Source of the DNA: an uncultured virus (IMG/VR IMGVR_UViG_3300009183_000081)
Lineage: Duplodnaviria; Heunggongvirae; Uroviricota; Caudoviricetes
Virus record (IMG/VR): IMGVR_UViG_3300009183_000081
Direction: 5' to 3' (one strand)
Length of the DNA: 64,000 bases
Positions 50,109 through 59,567 of the stretch are shown here, one piece after another. The position numbers and the translations under genes were made by a program. The notes under the pieces are model-generated. The model worked only from the letters and a program-made list of their open reading frames with translations. It searched no databases and had not been told where the DNA came from. Numbering within the stretch: the first letter of the stretch is position 1; each line of letters starts with the position of its first letter.

Positions 50109-51302
50109 ATGGCAAAAACTACAATGGACGCTTTCGCAAAGTTTAACGACTTGCTAGAGAAAAAGGTAAAATCTAAAATTGAAATCCGTGGATTCTCCGA
50201 TATCGAAGAGTACATCCCAACCGGAAACTACTTATTAAATGCACAAATGTCTGGCTCAGTATTTGGCGGATATCCAAACACTAGAAGTATTGGAATCGCT
50301 GGAGACTCTGGCGCTGGTAAAACATTCCTCTGCCTGAATGCAGTTCGCGAATTACAGAAGAAAGATTACATGGTTATCTACATTGATACCGAAGGTGCAA
50401 TCGATTCGACTGATTACGTAAAATTTGGAGTAGATCTTACTAAACTAAAGTACTTACGCATGGGTCTAATTAGCGAAGTTAAATTCTACGTTAATGACCT
50501 AATTGACACAATCAAAGAGAACCCAGGCCTTAAAATTGCTCTATTCGTTGACTCAGTCGGAATGTTAGACACAGATAAGAGTAAACGTGACATGGATGCA
50601 GGTAAAAATGCGGCAGATATGGGTCTTCGTGCAAAAGAGATGAGATCGTTATTTAAGTCTCTAACTCTAGACCTTTCAAATTACAAAATCCCATTCATCT
50701 TTACAAACCACACCTATGCCTCTATGGATCAATACACTCCAAAGGGAATGTCTGGAGGTGGAGGTCCTGAGTTCTCAGCTTCAATTATCTTGATGTTGAG
50801 TAAAGGAACTCTTCGTGATGAGGCTAAGACCACAACCGGAATCATTGTTAGATCCAAGACAAAAAAGAATCGTCTTGCTAAACCAATCGATATTGAATTC
50901 CATATCTCATTCCATAAGGGTATGAATCCGTTCGTTGGTCTTGAACAATACGTAAATTGGGAAAATTGCGGAGTAGGTCGCGGCAATAAGTTGACAGAAA
51001 AAGAATTTTCAAAACTTAAACCAGACGAAGCTGACCTATGTTCAAAATTTGAACTTGGCGGTGAAACTTTCTACTTTTTACCTAAGAAATTAGGAAAAAC
51101 ATATATTGTCAGACATAACGGTGATGCAGTTCCAGTTAAGGAATTCTTTTCAAATAGACTTTTCACAAATGAAGTTTTAACAGAACTCGATGAGAAGGTT
51201 ATTAAGCCAACGTTTAAATTCCCTGAAACTCAGGATGGAATTGATACAATGGAAATTGATGAATTAGAAGACTTAACTCCAACTGAAGAGCATGACCTTT
51301 AA
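50109..51302 (+). CDS. uvsX: RecA/UvsX recombinase
   Basis: AGDSGAGKT, YIDTEGA, FVDSVGML, FTNHTY and MSGGGG. Confidence 0.92.
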   Translation: MAKTTMDAFAKFNDLLEKKVKSKIEIRGFSDIEEYIPTGNYLLNAQMSGSVFGGYPNTRSIGIAGDSGAGKTFLCLNAVRELQKKDYMVIYIDTEGAIDSTDYVKFGVDLTKLKYLRMGLISEVKFYVNDLIDTIKENPGLKIALFVDSVGMLDTDKSKRDMDAGKNAADMGLRAKEMRSLFKSLTLDLSNYKIPFIFTNHTYASMDQYTPKGMSGGGGPEFSASIILMLSKGTLRDEAKTTTGIIVRSKTKKNRLAKPIDIEFHISFHKGMNPFVGLEQYVNWENCGVGRGNKLTEKEFSKLKPDEADLCSKFELGGETFYFLPKKLGKTYIVRHNGDAVPVKEFFSNRLFTNEVLTELDEKVIKPTFKFPETQDGIDTMEIDELEDLTPTEEHDL

Positions 51303-51630
51303 GATACAAACAGGGCTACCGATTAAATACTCGCTAGCCCTTCATTCAGCTTTACCGAGCTACCCCAATTCATCTGACTTTTTATTTGACGTTGCCTCCC
51401 ATATTATTAGAGTAACTGAACTAAAGTCTAAAGAGTGGGATTCAGCCGATATTAAATTCTCAACCAAAACTTTAAAATATGTTTTTGGCGAGCACATGGC
51501 ATCCGAGCAGTTTAAGGATAAGATTAGAAATATCTTAAAGGATCTCATTGCTAGTGGAACGCTAACCAAAAAAGGCGAATTTATTTTTATACCCGAAACG
51601 GAATTTTCTAAGTACTATATAATAGCATAA
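51292..51630 (+). CDS. Hypothetical protein, possibly winged helix
   Basis: Ends ILKDLIASGTLTKKGEFIFI; lies between uvsX and the helicase. Confidence 0.5.
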   Translation: MTFKIQTGLPIKYSLALHSALPSYPNSSDFLFDVASHIIRVTELKSKEWDSADIKFSTKTLKYVFGEHMASEQFKDKIRNILKDLIASGTLTKKGEFIFIPETEFSKYYIIA

Positions 51631-51650
51631 TAAGTGCTCACCAACAACCT

Positions 51651-53195
51651 ATGATGATTGATTTTAAAGAAAATATTGAATTATTAGAAAAGATAATTTT
51701 CAATTTTATTTTAACCGAAGAAGATAATGAAGTAGTAATCAAGCCCAAGAATTACGATTCATTGGACATGAGAGAGATCATTCCAATGGTTAAACCACAT
51801 TACTTCAACGATGACAATCTTCAGAGATTATATCGTGAAGCCAAAAAGTTCTTTCTAGAATACAAGAAGATTCCAACTCGAAATGAATTAAAGCAATTAG
51901 CTAATCTTTCAAACATGGATTTGCCCGATGCAAAATTCAATAGCTATTTTGAAGTTGATCTCGGCAGCTATAATTACGATTTTCTATTTAAGTACACAAA
52001 GGCCTTTATTTTCTACAAGAATCTTAATGAGTCTGTTATTGATGTCTTATCGTTTATCAAAACGACTGACGTAAATCCAGAAAACGTGGAGATCATTACC
52101 AATCAGGTTAGAGAAAAGTTTAATGAAAAGCTTAATGTATCTTTTACGAGTGCTGAGTCTGGCCTAAACTTCTTTAATGCAGTGGATCACGTTCAGCTGA
52201 GTAAAATCGGTAATCCAACTGGATTCAAATTCTTTGATAAAACGCTAGGCGGCGGTTGGAATCCAAAAACACTTGTTGTTTTCCAAGGTCGACCTAAAGT
52301 CGGTAAGTCGATGGTGCTTTCTAATATTGCAGGTCGAGCATTTATATCTGGCTGTAATGTTGGTATTGCAACTCTTGAATTATCTGATCGTAAGTACATG
52401 AAACGACTAGGATCCATGATCTTAGATATTCCATTTAAGGATTATGATTCAATGTTAAATCCTGGCCAAGTTTCAGCAGTGGATGCTCGAATGAAAAACT
52501 TAAAAGAGACGGTGTCTACTCTTGGCGAATTGCAAGTAAAAGAATTTCCAACTGGAACAGCTACCGCAATTGACGTTGAAAACTATTTCTTAAAGGTTCA
52601 GCAAAATACTGGCAAGAAGTTCACCGTAATTGTTGTCGATTATATTAACTTAATGAGACCTATGCGAGAGCAAGGAAATACTTATGAAAAGATCAAAGTA
52701 ATCTCAGAAGAGTTAAGAGCAGTTGCTATTCGAAATGAATGGTGTATTATTACCGCAACTCAAATCAAAAGAGACGCAGTAGACGATCAAGACTTAAGTA
52801 TGTCAGATATCGCTGAATCGTTCGGTTTGGTACACACAGTAGATTCTCTATTCGGCCTAATGAGAGGCCCGATGGAGAAACGTATGAAGATTAAATTGAT
52901 TGCAAACCGAGATGGTGGATACAACGAAAGTTTTAAAATGTATAGAATGAGTTATGAATTTGCTAAATTAGTTGAAGAAACTGATCCAGCTTCAGAATTC
53001 TATTCAGATGACGATGATACTCAATCATTGGAGAATCAAATGCGAAACCAGTATCAAACTGCCGCAACCACAACACTACCTCCAAATTTGATACCGTACG
53101 ATTTAGCAATAAGCCCAGACTATCAGCCTAAGCATGCAAGTCCGGAGCCACCTAAATCCTCTAATTACGACGATATCTTAAATATGATTAACTAA
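51651..53195 (+). CDS. gp41: Replicative DnaB-like helicase (T4 gp41-like)
   Basis: GRPKVGKS, TLELS, VKEFPTG, VVDYINLM, TATQIKR and IAESFGL. Confidence 0.92.
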   Translation: MMIDFKENIELLEKIIFNFILTEEDNEVVIKPKNYDSLDMREIIPMVKPHYFNDDNLQRLYREAKKFFLEYKKIPTRNELKQLANLSNMDLPDAKFNSYFEVDLGSYNYDFLFKYTKAFIFYKNLNESVIDVLSFIKTTDVNPENVEIITNQVREKFNEKLNVSFTSAESGLNFFNAVDHVQLSKIGNPTGFKFFDKTLGGGWNPKTLVVFQGRPKVGKSMVLSNIAGRAFISGCNVGIATLELSDRKYMKRLGSMILDIPFKDYDSMLNPGQVSAVDARMKNLKETVSTLGELQVKEFPTGTATAIDVENYFLKVQQNTGKKFTVIVVDYINLMRPMREQGNTYEKIKVISEELRAVAIRNEWCIITATQIKRDAVDDQDLSMSDIAESFGLVHTVDSLFGLMRGPMEKRMKIKLIANRDGGYNESFKMYRMSYEFAKLVEETDPASEFYSDDDDTQSLENQMRNQYQTAATTTLPPNLIPYDLAISPDYQPKHASPEPPKSSNYDDILNMIN

Positions 53196-53210
53196 AAAAA
53201 CCTAAACGTT

Positions 53211-53864
53211 TTGGCAAAAAGAAAAAAAGAAGAACTGTTCGAAGATCTAGGATTTGAAGAACAAGATGATTTATCATACGAATCGGGGTTTGACGATATT
53301 AGTGTAGTCGATGAGACTGATGGAGAAGATCCAGTTGAGCTTGAAAGACGTCGTACTGAATATGCTCGACTTAGAAAAAATGATAAGATTTTTAATAACT
53401 CATACAATATGGGTCAAAACTTATCAGAAGAAGACGAGGGCGAAGCCCGATCTCATTCGGAAATTAAATTAGATTCAAGCTCACCAGACTACCATCTATA
53501 CGATCGAGACCAATACTCAGATCACATTGACAACAAGATAACTCAATACGATATAGATCAATTCGTATCAGTATCTACTGACATCCAGGCGATCCTAGGT
53601 GATCAACCTGATAAGCGTAAATTTACAAAGCCTGAGATAAATGAACTGTTCCAATTAATAACAGTTGGCGTAAGCAAAGGCGAAGATACAAGCGTATTCG
53701 TTAGTCCAATCCATATTCTTGATGCAATCTCGTCTTTGACCTGCATGGAATATAAGAAATTGTTTGACATGTTAACTTACGAACACAAGGAGATTCTTCT
53801 ATTGGAACTAAACAAGAAATACGGCTTTCTAGACAAGCCCTCCAAAAACCTTAAAATGTTTTAA
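53211..53864 (+). CDS. Acidic hypothetical protein (TTG start)
   Basis: 217-aa ORF packed between gp41 and gp47. Confidence 0.6.
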   Translation: MAKRKKEELFEDLGFEEQDDLSYESGFDDISVVDETDGEDPVELERRRTEYARLRKNDKIFNNSYNMGQNLSEEDEGEARSHSEIKLDSSSPDYHLYDRDQYSDHIDNKITQYDIDQFVSVSTDIQAILGDQPDKRKFTKPEINELFQLITVGVSKGEDTSVFVSPIHILDAISSLTCMEYKKLFDMLTYEHKEILLLELNKKYGFLDKPSKNLKMF

Positions 53865-53867
53865 TTA

Positions 53868-54983
53868 ATGAAACTATCAAATATTAGAAAAATTAACCTA
53901 GTTGGAGATCTTCACCTAGGTATCAGAAATAACTCAGTTGAATGGTTAGAGATCCAAAAAGATTTTCTAACCGACTTTTTATTTAAGACGATTGACCAAG
54001 ATTTTGATGAAGACCGAGATATTCTAATATTGGAAGGCGACATATTTCATTCAAGAGAATCAATTAACGTCAGAATCCAAAATGAAGCATTCGATATCTT
54101 TAAGAAACTTTCAGCAAAGTTTAAAAGAGGAGTCTACATCATTATCGGAAACCACGACGTTTATTACAAAGACAAAAATGAAGTTCACTCGCTAAAGTCG
54201 TTAAACTACTTAGCTGAGAATATTCACGTATTCGAAACTCCAGAAATTCTAACAATTAATGGATCCCATAACTTCTTAATGTTACCTTGGATCGAAGACG
54301 TTTCGAGACTTTCAAATGTTGTAAACGATCACCGTAATATTTGCCAGTACATTGTATGTCATGCAGATATCAAAGGTCTAAAATTTAATAAGTGGACTCA
54401 TGTTGAGCACGGTATTGAAATTGATGCACTTGATACCTATAAGAGAGTTTACGGCGGTCATATCCACCACAGACAAGAGAGCCGTAACGTTCTCTATACC
54501 GGAACTCCTTATCAAATGGATCGAGGTGACATGGGTAATGCCAAAGGATTCTATCAGCTAACGGTTGATACTCCTGAATTAAAAGAAGTGTTTGTTGAAA
54601 ATACACAGTCTCCAACCTTTGTTAAGTTCGATATCATGAATGTTTTGGAATTAACGCATGCTGAAATTGAGGAAAGGTTCAGAAATAATTTTGTAGACTT
54701 AATGATCAATGTTAATTTTGCAAATAGGTTCTCAGTAACTCGTTTTCTTGAAGAGATCTCAGCAGTACCTCACCGTAAAATTGAATTTTTTACTTACGTT
54801 GATCAGACTCAAGCTGATGCTGAAATGAATTCCGAATTTAATCCAGAAGAGGGCTTTAATATAACTGATATTTTTAAAATGTATGTAAAGTCAAGAGACT
54901 ACTCACAAGACTTTAAATCTGACTTAGCTAGAAAATTCATTGAAATACATCAAGCCGTAAAAGAAGACAATACTTATGCCTAA
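53868..54983 (+). CDS. gp47: Recombination nuclease (gp47/Mre11/SbcD)
   Basis: GDLHLG, GDIFH, GNHD, GGHIH and YTGTPYQ. Confidence 0.92.
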   Translation: MKLSNIRKINLVGDLHLGIRNNSVEWLEIQKDFLTDFLFKTIDQDFDEDRDILILEGDIFHSRESINVRIQNEAFDIFKKLSAKFKRGVYIIIGNHDVYYKDKNEVHSLKSLNYLAENIHVFETPEILTINGSHNFLMLPWIEDVSRLSNVVNDHRNICQYIVCHADIKGLKFNKWTHVEHGIEIDALDTYKRVYGGHIHHRQESRNVLYTGTPYQMDRGDMGNAKGFYQLTVDTPELKEVFVENTQSPTFVKFDIMNVLELTHAEIEERFRNNFVDLMINVNFANRFSVTRFLEEISAVPHRKIEFFTYVDQTQADAEMNSEFNPEEGFNITDIFKMYVKSRDYSQDFKSDLARKFIEIHQAVKEDNTYA

Positions 54984-55464
54984 TCCATCAATTAGTAAAT
55001 ACGTTCGAATTATTGAAATGAATCGGGAATTTAAAGCGATTGCTGCAATGGATGTTCCGGAAAACACAATAATTGAAATTTGCCCAGTTCTAATTAGTAG
55101 CGCTAAAGCAATCATGTCATTAACTAATTCAGATTCTAAACTTGCAAGCAAAATCATAATTGACGAGGCTGCCATTGACAGGGAATATCAAGTGTTTGCT
55201 GAGCTTGGTGAAATGGAATTGGAAAGAAGGCTTGATTCAGGCCAAATTACACCAGCTGAGTATACTCAAATACTAAGATCTAAGGTCAACATAAACTCTC
55301 TACTAAATGCTAAAACTCACGGTCTGCCATTAGGAAACGGATTAATTTATGGAATAAGTGATTTTCCAAATATGGTCAGAGAATATCATTCAAGTAGTAA
55401 ACTTTGCGTGTTTAGATCAGTACAATACATAATAGAAGGCAGTGAACTAACTTACTCCAAATAA
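54976..55464 (+). CDS. Degenerate SET-domain-like protein
   Basis: AAMDVPENTIIEICPVL ... LPLGNGLIYGISDFPN ... FRSVQYIIEGSELTYS follows the layout of small bacterial/viral SET proteins. Confidence 0.6.
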   Translation: MPNPSISKYVRIIEMNREFKAIAAMDVPENTIIEICPVLISSAKAIMSLTNSDSKLASKIIIDEAAIDREYQVFAELGEMELERRLDSGQITPAEYTQILRSKVNINSLLNAKTHGLPLGNGLIYGISDFPNMVREYHSSSKLCVFRSVQYIIEGSELTYSK

Positions 55465-55470
55465 TATTAA

Positions 55471-57144
55471 ATGAAGATAACTCAATTCTCTTTTAAGAAC
55501 ATTTGTTCTTATGGCAATAAATTACAGACTTTTAAATTCTCAGAAGATCCTCAATTAGTATTGGTTCAGGGTAAGAATGGCAGCGGTAAATCTTCAATTT
55601 CCGATGCTCTAACTGTTGCACTATATGGCAAATCATCAATTCGTAAAACAAAAGAGATTCCAAATCGAATCAATAAAAATGCATACACGCATGTAGAGTT
55701 TTTAACCGGATCCGGCGATACGATTGAAATTGAAAGAGGCCTAGAGCCTAACTTTTCAAAATTATTAATCAATGGAACTGAGCATAATTTGCCAGATAAA
55801 CGCCGAGTAGACGATTTTATCGAAGAAGAACTTACAAAGATCCCATTCAACGTATTCTCAAACACAATCAGTCTATCAGTTAATGATTTCAAGAGCTTTG
55901 TTAAGTTAAGCCCTCATGACAAGCGCCAAATTATTGATAAAATCTTTGGTTTAGATATTGTAAATGACATGTCTAAAATTGCCAAGGAAGAAGTTCGTGA
56001 ATTAAAAGTATCAATACAAACAATTGACTCAACTGTTCTTAATAATGAAGCTCTGCTCCAAAATTCACAAGATCAGCTAACGAATCTTAAGCAAGATCTA
56101 TCGTCGGCTAAAGATTCTAGGATTTTAGAGTTAACAACCGAAATTTCTGAGCTAAATAAAACTAAAGAGATTTATAAAGCCGAATACACAGGCTTTCAAG
56201 CCGAGTTAAAGAAATTAGAATCAGCAGTAACAGACGCTAGAGAAAAGAAGTCAAATATTCAATTAACTATTTCTGAAATTCAGAAAAAACTTGACCTGTA
56301 CTCCAAGAATAAGTGTCCACACTGTCTATCTGATCTTACTGACGCTGCACATTTAGGCATAAAGGATAAGCTAGTTGCTAAGAAACAGGAGCAAACTGAC
56401 CTGATTCCAACTGCTAACTCTCAAATTACTGAAGCGAATCAATTACTTGAAGATCTAAAGGCTGCTCAAAGTTCTGCTCGAGATAAATTTTATCAAGTGG
56501 ATGGAGTTCTTGCTCCGCTAAAGAAAGAACTTTCTGAACTAAATGATACACCTGAGTCGACTGATAAGAAGTCTGGCACAACATACATAAATGGAGTAAT
56601 TTCAAATATTGAATCTGAGATTTCAAAATTATCAGAAGAAAGAGCTAAATTAAGTTCACAATTATCAATTTCTCAAGAGATGGAAGACATTCTATCAGAT
56701 AATGGAATGAAGCGTGTTCTAATGAGTCAAATTATTCCAATGCTAAATAAGAAAATCTTGAAGACTTCAAAGCTTCTTGAATTTAAGTTTGCATTTGAAT
56801 TTGATTTAGAATTTAATCCAATAATTACTCACTTAGGAATGCAAATTTCTCCAGACTCGTTATCTGCTGGAGAACAAAAGAAGATGAACTTAATCGTTCT
56901 ATTGTGTATTTTGGAGCTCTTAAAATTAAAACATCACAAGGTTAATCTATTATTCCTAGATGAAGTATTCTCATCATTAGATGTTGAATCAATCTATAGA
57001 GTAGTTGACCTATTGAAAACTTTTGCAAAAAAGTACAACATGACAGTATTCGTAATCTCTCATGATCCTTTACCTGAGGAGTTTTTCGACACAAAGTTAA
57101 TGGTTGAAAACACCGACCACTTCTCAGACATCAAGTTCTTGTAA
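55471..57144 (+). CDS. gp46: Recombination ATPase (gp46/Rad50/SbcC)
   Basis: GKNGSGKSS, coiled coil with CPHC zinc hook, LSAGEQ, LFLDEVFSSLD and VISHD. Confidence 0.93.
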   Translation: MKITQFSFKNICSYGNKLQTFKFSEDPQLVLVQGKNGSGKSSISDALTVALYGKSSIRKTKEIPNRINKNAYTHVEFLTGSGDTIEIERGLEPNFSKLLINGTEHNLPDKRRVDDFIEEELTKIPFNVFSNTISLSVNDFKSFVKLSPHDKRQIIDKIFGLDIVNDMSKIAKEEVRELKVSIQTIDSTVLNNEALLQNSQDQLTNLKQDLSSAKDSRILELTTEISELNKTKEIYKAEYTGFQAELKKLESAVTDAREKKSNIQLTISEIQKKLDLYSKNKCPHCLSDLTDAAHLGIKDKLVAKKQEQTDLIPTANSQITEANQLLEDLKAAQSSARDKFYQVDGVLAPLKKELSELNDTPESTDKKSGTTYINGVISNIESEISKLSEERAKLSSQLSISQEMEDILSDNGMKRVLMSQIIPMLNKKILKTSKLLEFKFAFEFDLEFNPIITHLGMQISPDSLSAGEQKKMNLIVLLCILELLKLKHHKVNLLFLDEVFSSLDVESIYRVVDLLKTFAKKYNMTVFVISHDPLPEEFFDTKLMVENTDHFSDIKFL

Positions 57145-57169
57145 ACTATTCACGTTTTTTTAGTATATT
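57142..57169 (+). promoter_or_regulatory. Promoter TAAAC-N17-TATATT upstream of the TS-fold gene
   Basis: Same motif and spacing. Confidence 0.55.
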
Positions 57170-57175
57170 TTATTT

Positions 57176-58057
57176 ATGATAGTATTTAAAGGCCAGACTT
57201 TTGCCGAGTGTTACCGTGACTCGCTAATCAATCTTTTCGAAGATGGTATTGAAAATAATGCCAGAGGCACCGTGAGCAAGGAGTTGCTTGACGTTGCGTT
57301 AGTTGTCGAAGATCCAACTCAATGCCTATATCAAAACGATAGGCGAGGTTCTCAAAAGAAGTATATTGCGGCTGAATTTTTGTGGTATTACTCAGGGCGT
57401 AATGACGTTAAGTTTATTGCGAATTGGGCTAAGTTTTGGGAATCAATCCAAAACGAAGACGGTTCAGCTAACTCAGCTTACGGCAACCTAATCTTTAAGG
57501 TTAGAAATCAGCACAATCTCTCCCAATACCAGTGGGCAATGCAAAGCTTAATCAGCGATCCTAACACGAGACAAGCTGTAATGCATTTCAATATGCCGAC
57601 TCACCAGTACAATGGAAACAAGGATTTTGTTTGTACAATGTACGCAAACTGCCATATCCGAAACAATAAGTTCTATATGTCAGTTTACATGAGAAGCAAT
57701 GACGCTGTTTGGGGTACACCAACTGACGTAGCTTTCTTCTGTTCTTTACAGATGCAAATGTATTCTCAATTAAAAAACTTCTATCCAGAGTTAGAGCTTG
57801 GTTCGTATACTCACGTTGCAAATTCATACCACGTTTACGATAGACATTATGAATTAGGAACAGCAATGCTAGAGACAGCATTCAAACCAGAAGCACTTCC
57901 ACACGTTGTCGCAGATCTAGTCGATATCGATGGAGAGCCTAGCCGTAATTTATTAATCTTAATGGATGCGTTATTTGCAAACGATGAGCCGTATCTAATT
58001 TTTCAAGATGGTCCAGATATGTTAAAATGGATTCATACAAATGTTTCAAAGAAATAA
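57176..58057 (+). CDS. Thymidylate-synthase-fold enzyme, dCMP hydroxymethylase-like (gp42 type)
   Basis: DPNTRQA, KDFVCT, MRSNDAVWGTPTD (Asp at the TS Asn position) and NSYHVY. Confidence 0.75.
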   Translation: MIVFKGQTFAECYRDSLINLFEDGIENNARGTVSKELLDVALVVEDPTQCLYQNDRRGSQKKYIAAEFLWYYSGRNDVKFIANWAKFWESIQNEDGSANSAYGNLIFKVRNQHNLSQYQWAMQSLISDPNTRQAVMHFNMPTHQYNGNKDFVCTMYANCHIRNNKFYMSVYMRSNDAVWGTPTDVAFFCSLQMQMYSQLKNFYPELELGSYTHVANSYHVYDRHYELGTAMLETAFKPEALPHVVADLVDIDGEPSRNLLILMDALFANDEPYLIFQDGPDMLKWIHTNVSKK

Positions 58058-58059
58058 TC

Positions 58060-58515
58060 ATGACGCCAAAGCAACATAAAATAGACCTCGCTTACATTAA
58101 GATGGCCCAAGTCTGGGCAGATCTATCTCATGCCACTCGTAAAAAAGTTGGAGCTCTAATTGTTAAAAATAACACAATCATCTCTGATGGGTTCAACGGA
58201 ACTCCGTCTGGTTTTGAAAATGAATGTGAAGAAGCTATCCATAATGAAGACGGTTCATTTAAAGAATATAAAACCAAATGGTATGTTTTACATGCCGAAT
58301 CAAATGCATTAGCTAAAGTTGCCAAATCAACACAAAGTAGCGATGGCGCAACCCTCTATATTACATATTCCCCATGCACAGATTGTAGTAAATTAATTCT
58401 ACAGGCTGGTATTAAACGCGTTGTTTACTTGGAAGAGTATCGTGATACAAACGGCTTGGACTTTTTACGAAGAGCCGGTGTTGAGGTTAAAAAAATCAAC
58501 ATACAAAATGATTGA
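58060..58515 (+). CDS. dCMP deaminase
   Basis: KVGALIV, GFNGTPSG, HAESNA and SPCTDC; ATG at 58060. Confidence 0.92.
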   Translation: MTPKQHKIDLAYIKMAQVWADLSHATRKKVGALIVKNNTIISDGFNGTPSGFENECEEAIHNEDGSFKEYKTKWYVLHAESNALAKVAKSTQSSDGATLYITYSPCTDCSKLILQAGIKRVVYLEEYRDTNGLDFLRRAGVEVKKINIQND

Positions 58516-58909
58516 TACTACAAATCGCGTACTTGAAATAGTCTTCGTTAAAGATCTAAAACAATTCGTTCAAGTCCTGCACAAAAAATGCAAATCCGAC
58601 TATCTTTTAAATGTCAATAAGATAATTAGGGAGAAATTTGAACAAGATATTCTTGTACCAAATAAAATTCAATCTTTCTTAATTAATTACGAAATCAAGA
58701 AATTAATTGATAAAGCAGTCAATGTTAGAAACCGCAAATACAGTCGAATAATCTACGTTAACTCAAGTCTGTCAAAGAATACTGTGTTAAACACAATCGA
58801 CTTTCTATCGAATGCTTATGAAGAGGTTAAATTTGAACCTCTAATAATTGATTTAGAAGAGGACTTTTGCACAGAGCTAAAGATTAAAACAATAAAAAAG
58901 GGACGATAA
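58508..58909 (+). CDS. Hypothetical protein
   Basis: Probable ATG at 58508 overlapping the deaminase stop. Confidence 0.55.
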   Translation: MIDTTNRVLEIVFVKDLKQFVQVLHKKCKSDYLLNVNKIIREKFEQDILVPNKIQSFLINYEIKKLIDKAVNVRNRKYSRIIYVNSSLSKNTVLNTIDFLSNAYEEVKFEPLIIDLEEDFCTELKIKTIKKGR

Positions 58910-58919
58910 ACGTCCCTTT
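58894..58919. terminator. Terminator between convergent genes
   Basis: AAAGGGACG-ATAAA-CGTCCCTTT hairpin; the A run gives a U tail on the minus strand. Confidence 0.75.
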
Positions 58920-58944
58920 CTAGTATTCAATAAGTTTTAAAAGA

Positions 58945-59550
58945 TTAAGCTCCTTCTTCAGTATTCTCTTCTTCACCTTCTTCGCCTTCTTCCTCTTCTT
59001 TGCACATTTTTTCAATTGCTGCACATAATAGGTCGCAAACTTCTTCTTTTTCGATTTCCATTTTCTCGCAAATGTCATCAATTAAATCTTGAAGATCGTC
59101 TCCGAATTCTTCCATTAATTTTTCCAATTGCTCCTCGTCTACTTCGTATCCAAGGTCTACATTTTCATCATCTTCTAAAGGTTCTTCAGCTTCGTTAAAT
59201 TCATAGTTTTCATTTACGAATTCTTGGTATCTTGCGATCTTTCCTTCTTCAACTGCATCAGTTGTTGCGATAGTTGGTTTAGCGTACATTTGTGTATAAG
59301 GTTTTTTCTTTGCTGTTTTATAAACGATATCGCTGGAAAATCCTTTCCAAGCAGAATCATAATTTGGGTTGAATCGGCCTCCTTCAGCATTAGGATCGCG
59401 CTCAACAACTCTTTGATATCCATCTAGAGATTTTCTCTTTGATTTATCGAAATCTTCTTTTTCAGAAGGACCACCGAACGCAGGTTTCTTTGGGTTTGTC
59501 CATCTTTCTAGAGAAGGATTATCTCTGCGTTTTACGTTAAACATGTCCAT
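58945..59550 (-). CDS. Hypothetical protein with very acidic C-terminus, putative head-internal
   Basis: Internal IARYQEFVNE motif; downstream of the tube gene. Confidence 0.55.
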   Translation of the reverse strand: MDMFNVKRRDNPSLERWTNPKKPAFGGPSEKEDFDKSKRKSLDGYQRVVERDPNAEGGRFNPNYDSAWKGFSSDIVYKTAKKKPYTQMYAKPTIATTDAVEEGKIARYQEFVNENYEFNEAEEPLEDDENVDLGYEVDEEQLEKLMEEFGDDLQDLIDDICEKMEIEKEEVCDLLCAAIEKMCKEEEEGEEGEEENTEEGA

Positions 59551-59567
59551 GTCTTACTTTAGTATTT

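Noticed and set aside
57176..58057. Ordinary thyA call
   Set aside because: Asp replaces the dUMP-specifying Asn, and the catalytic context is VCT rather than PCH.
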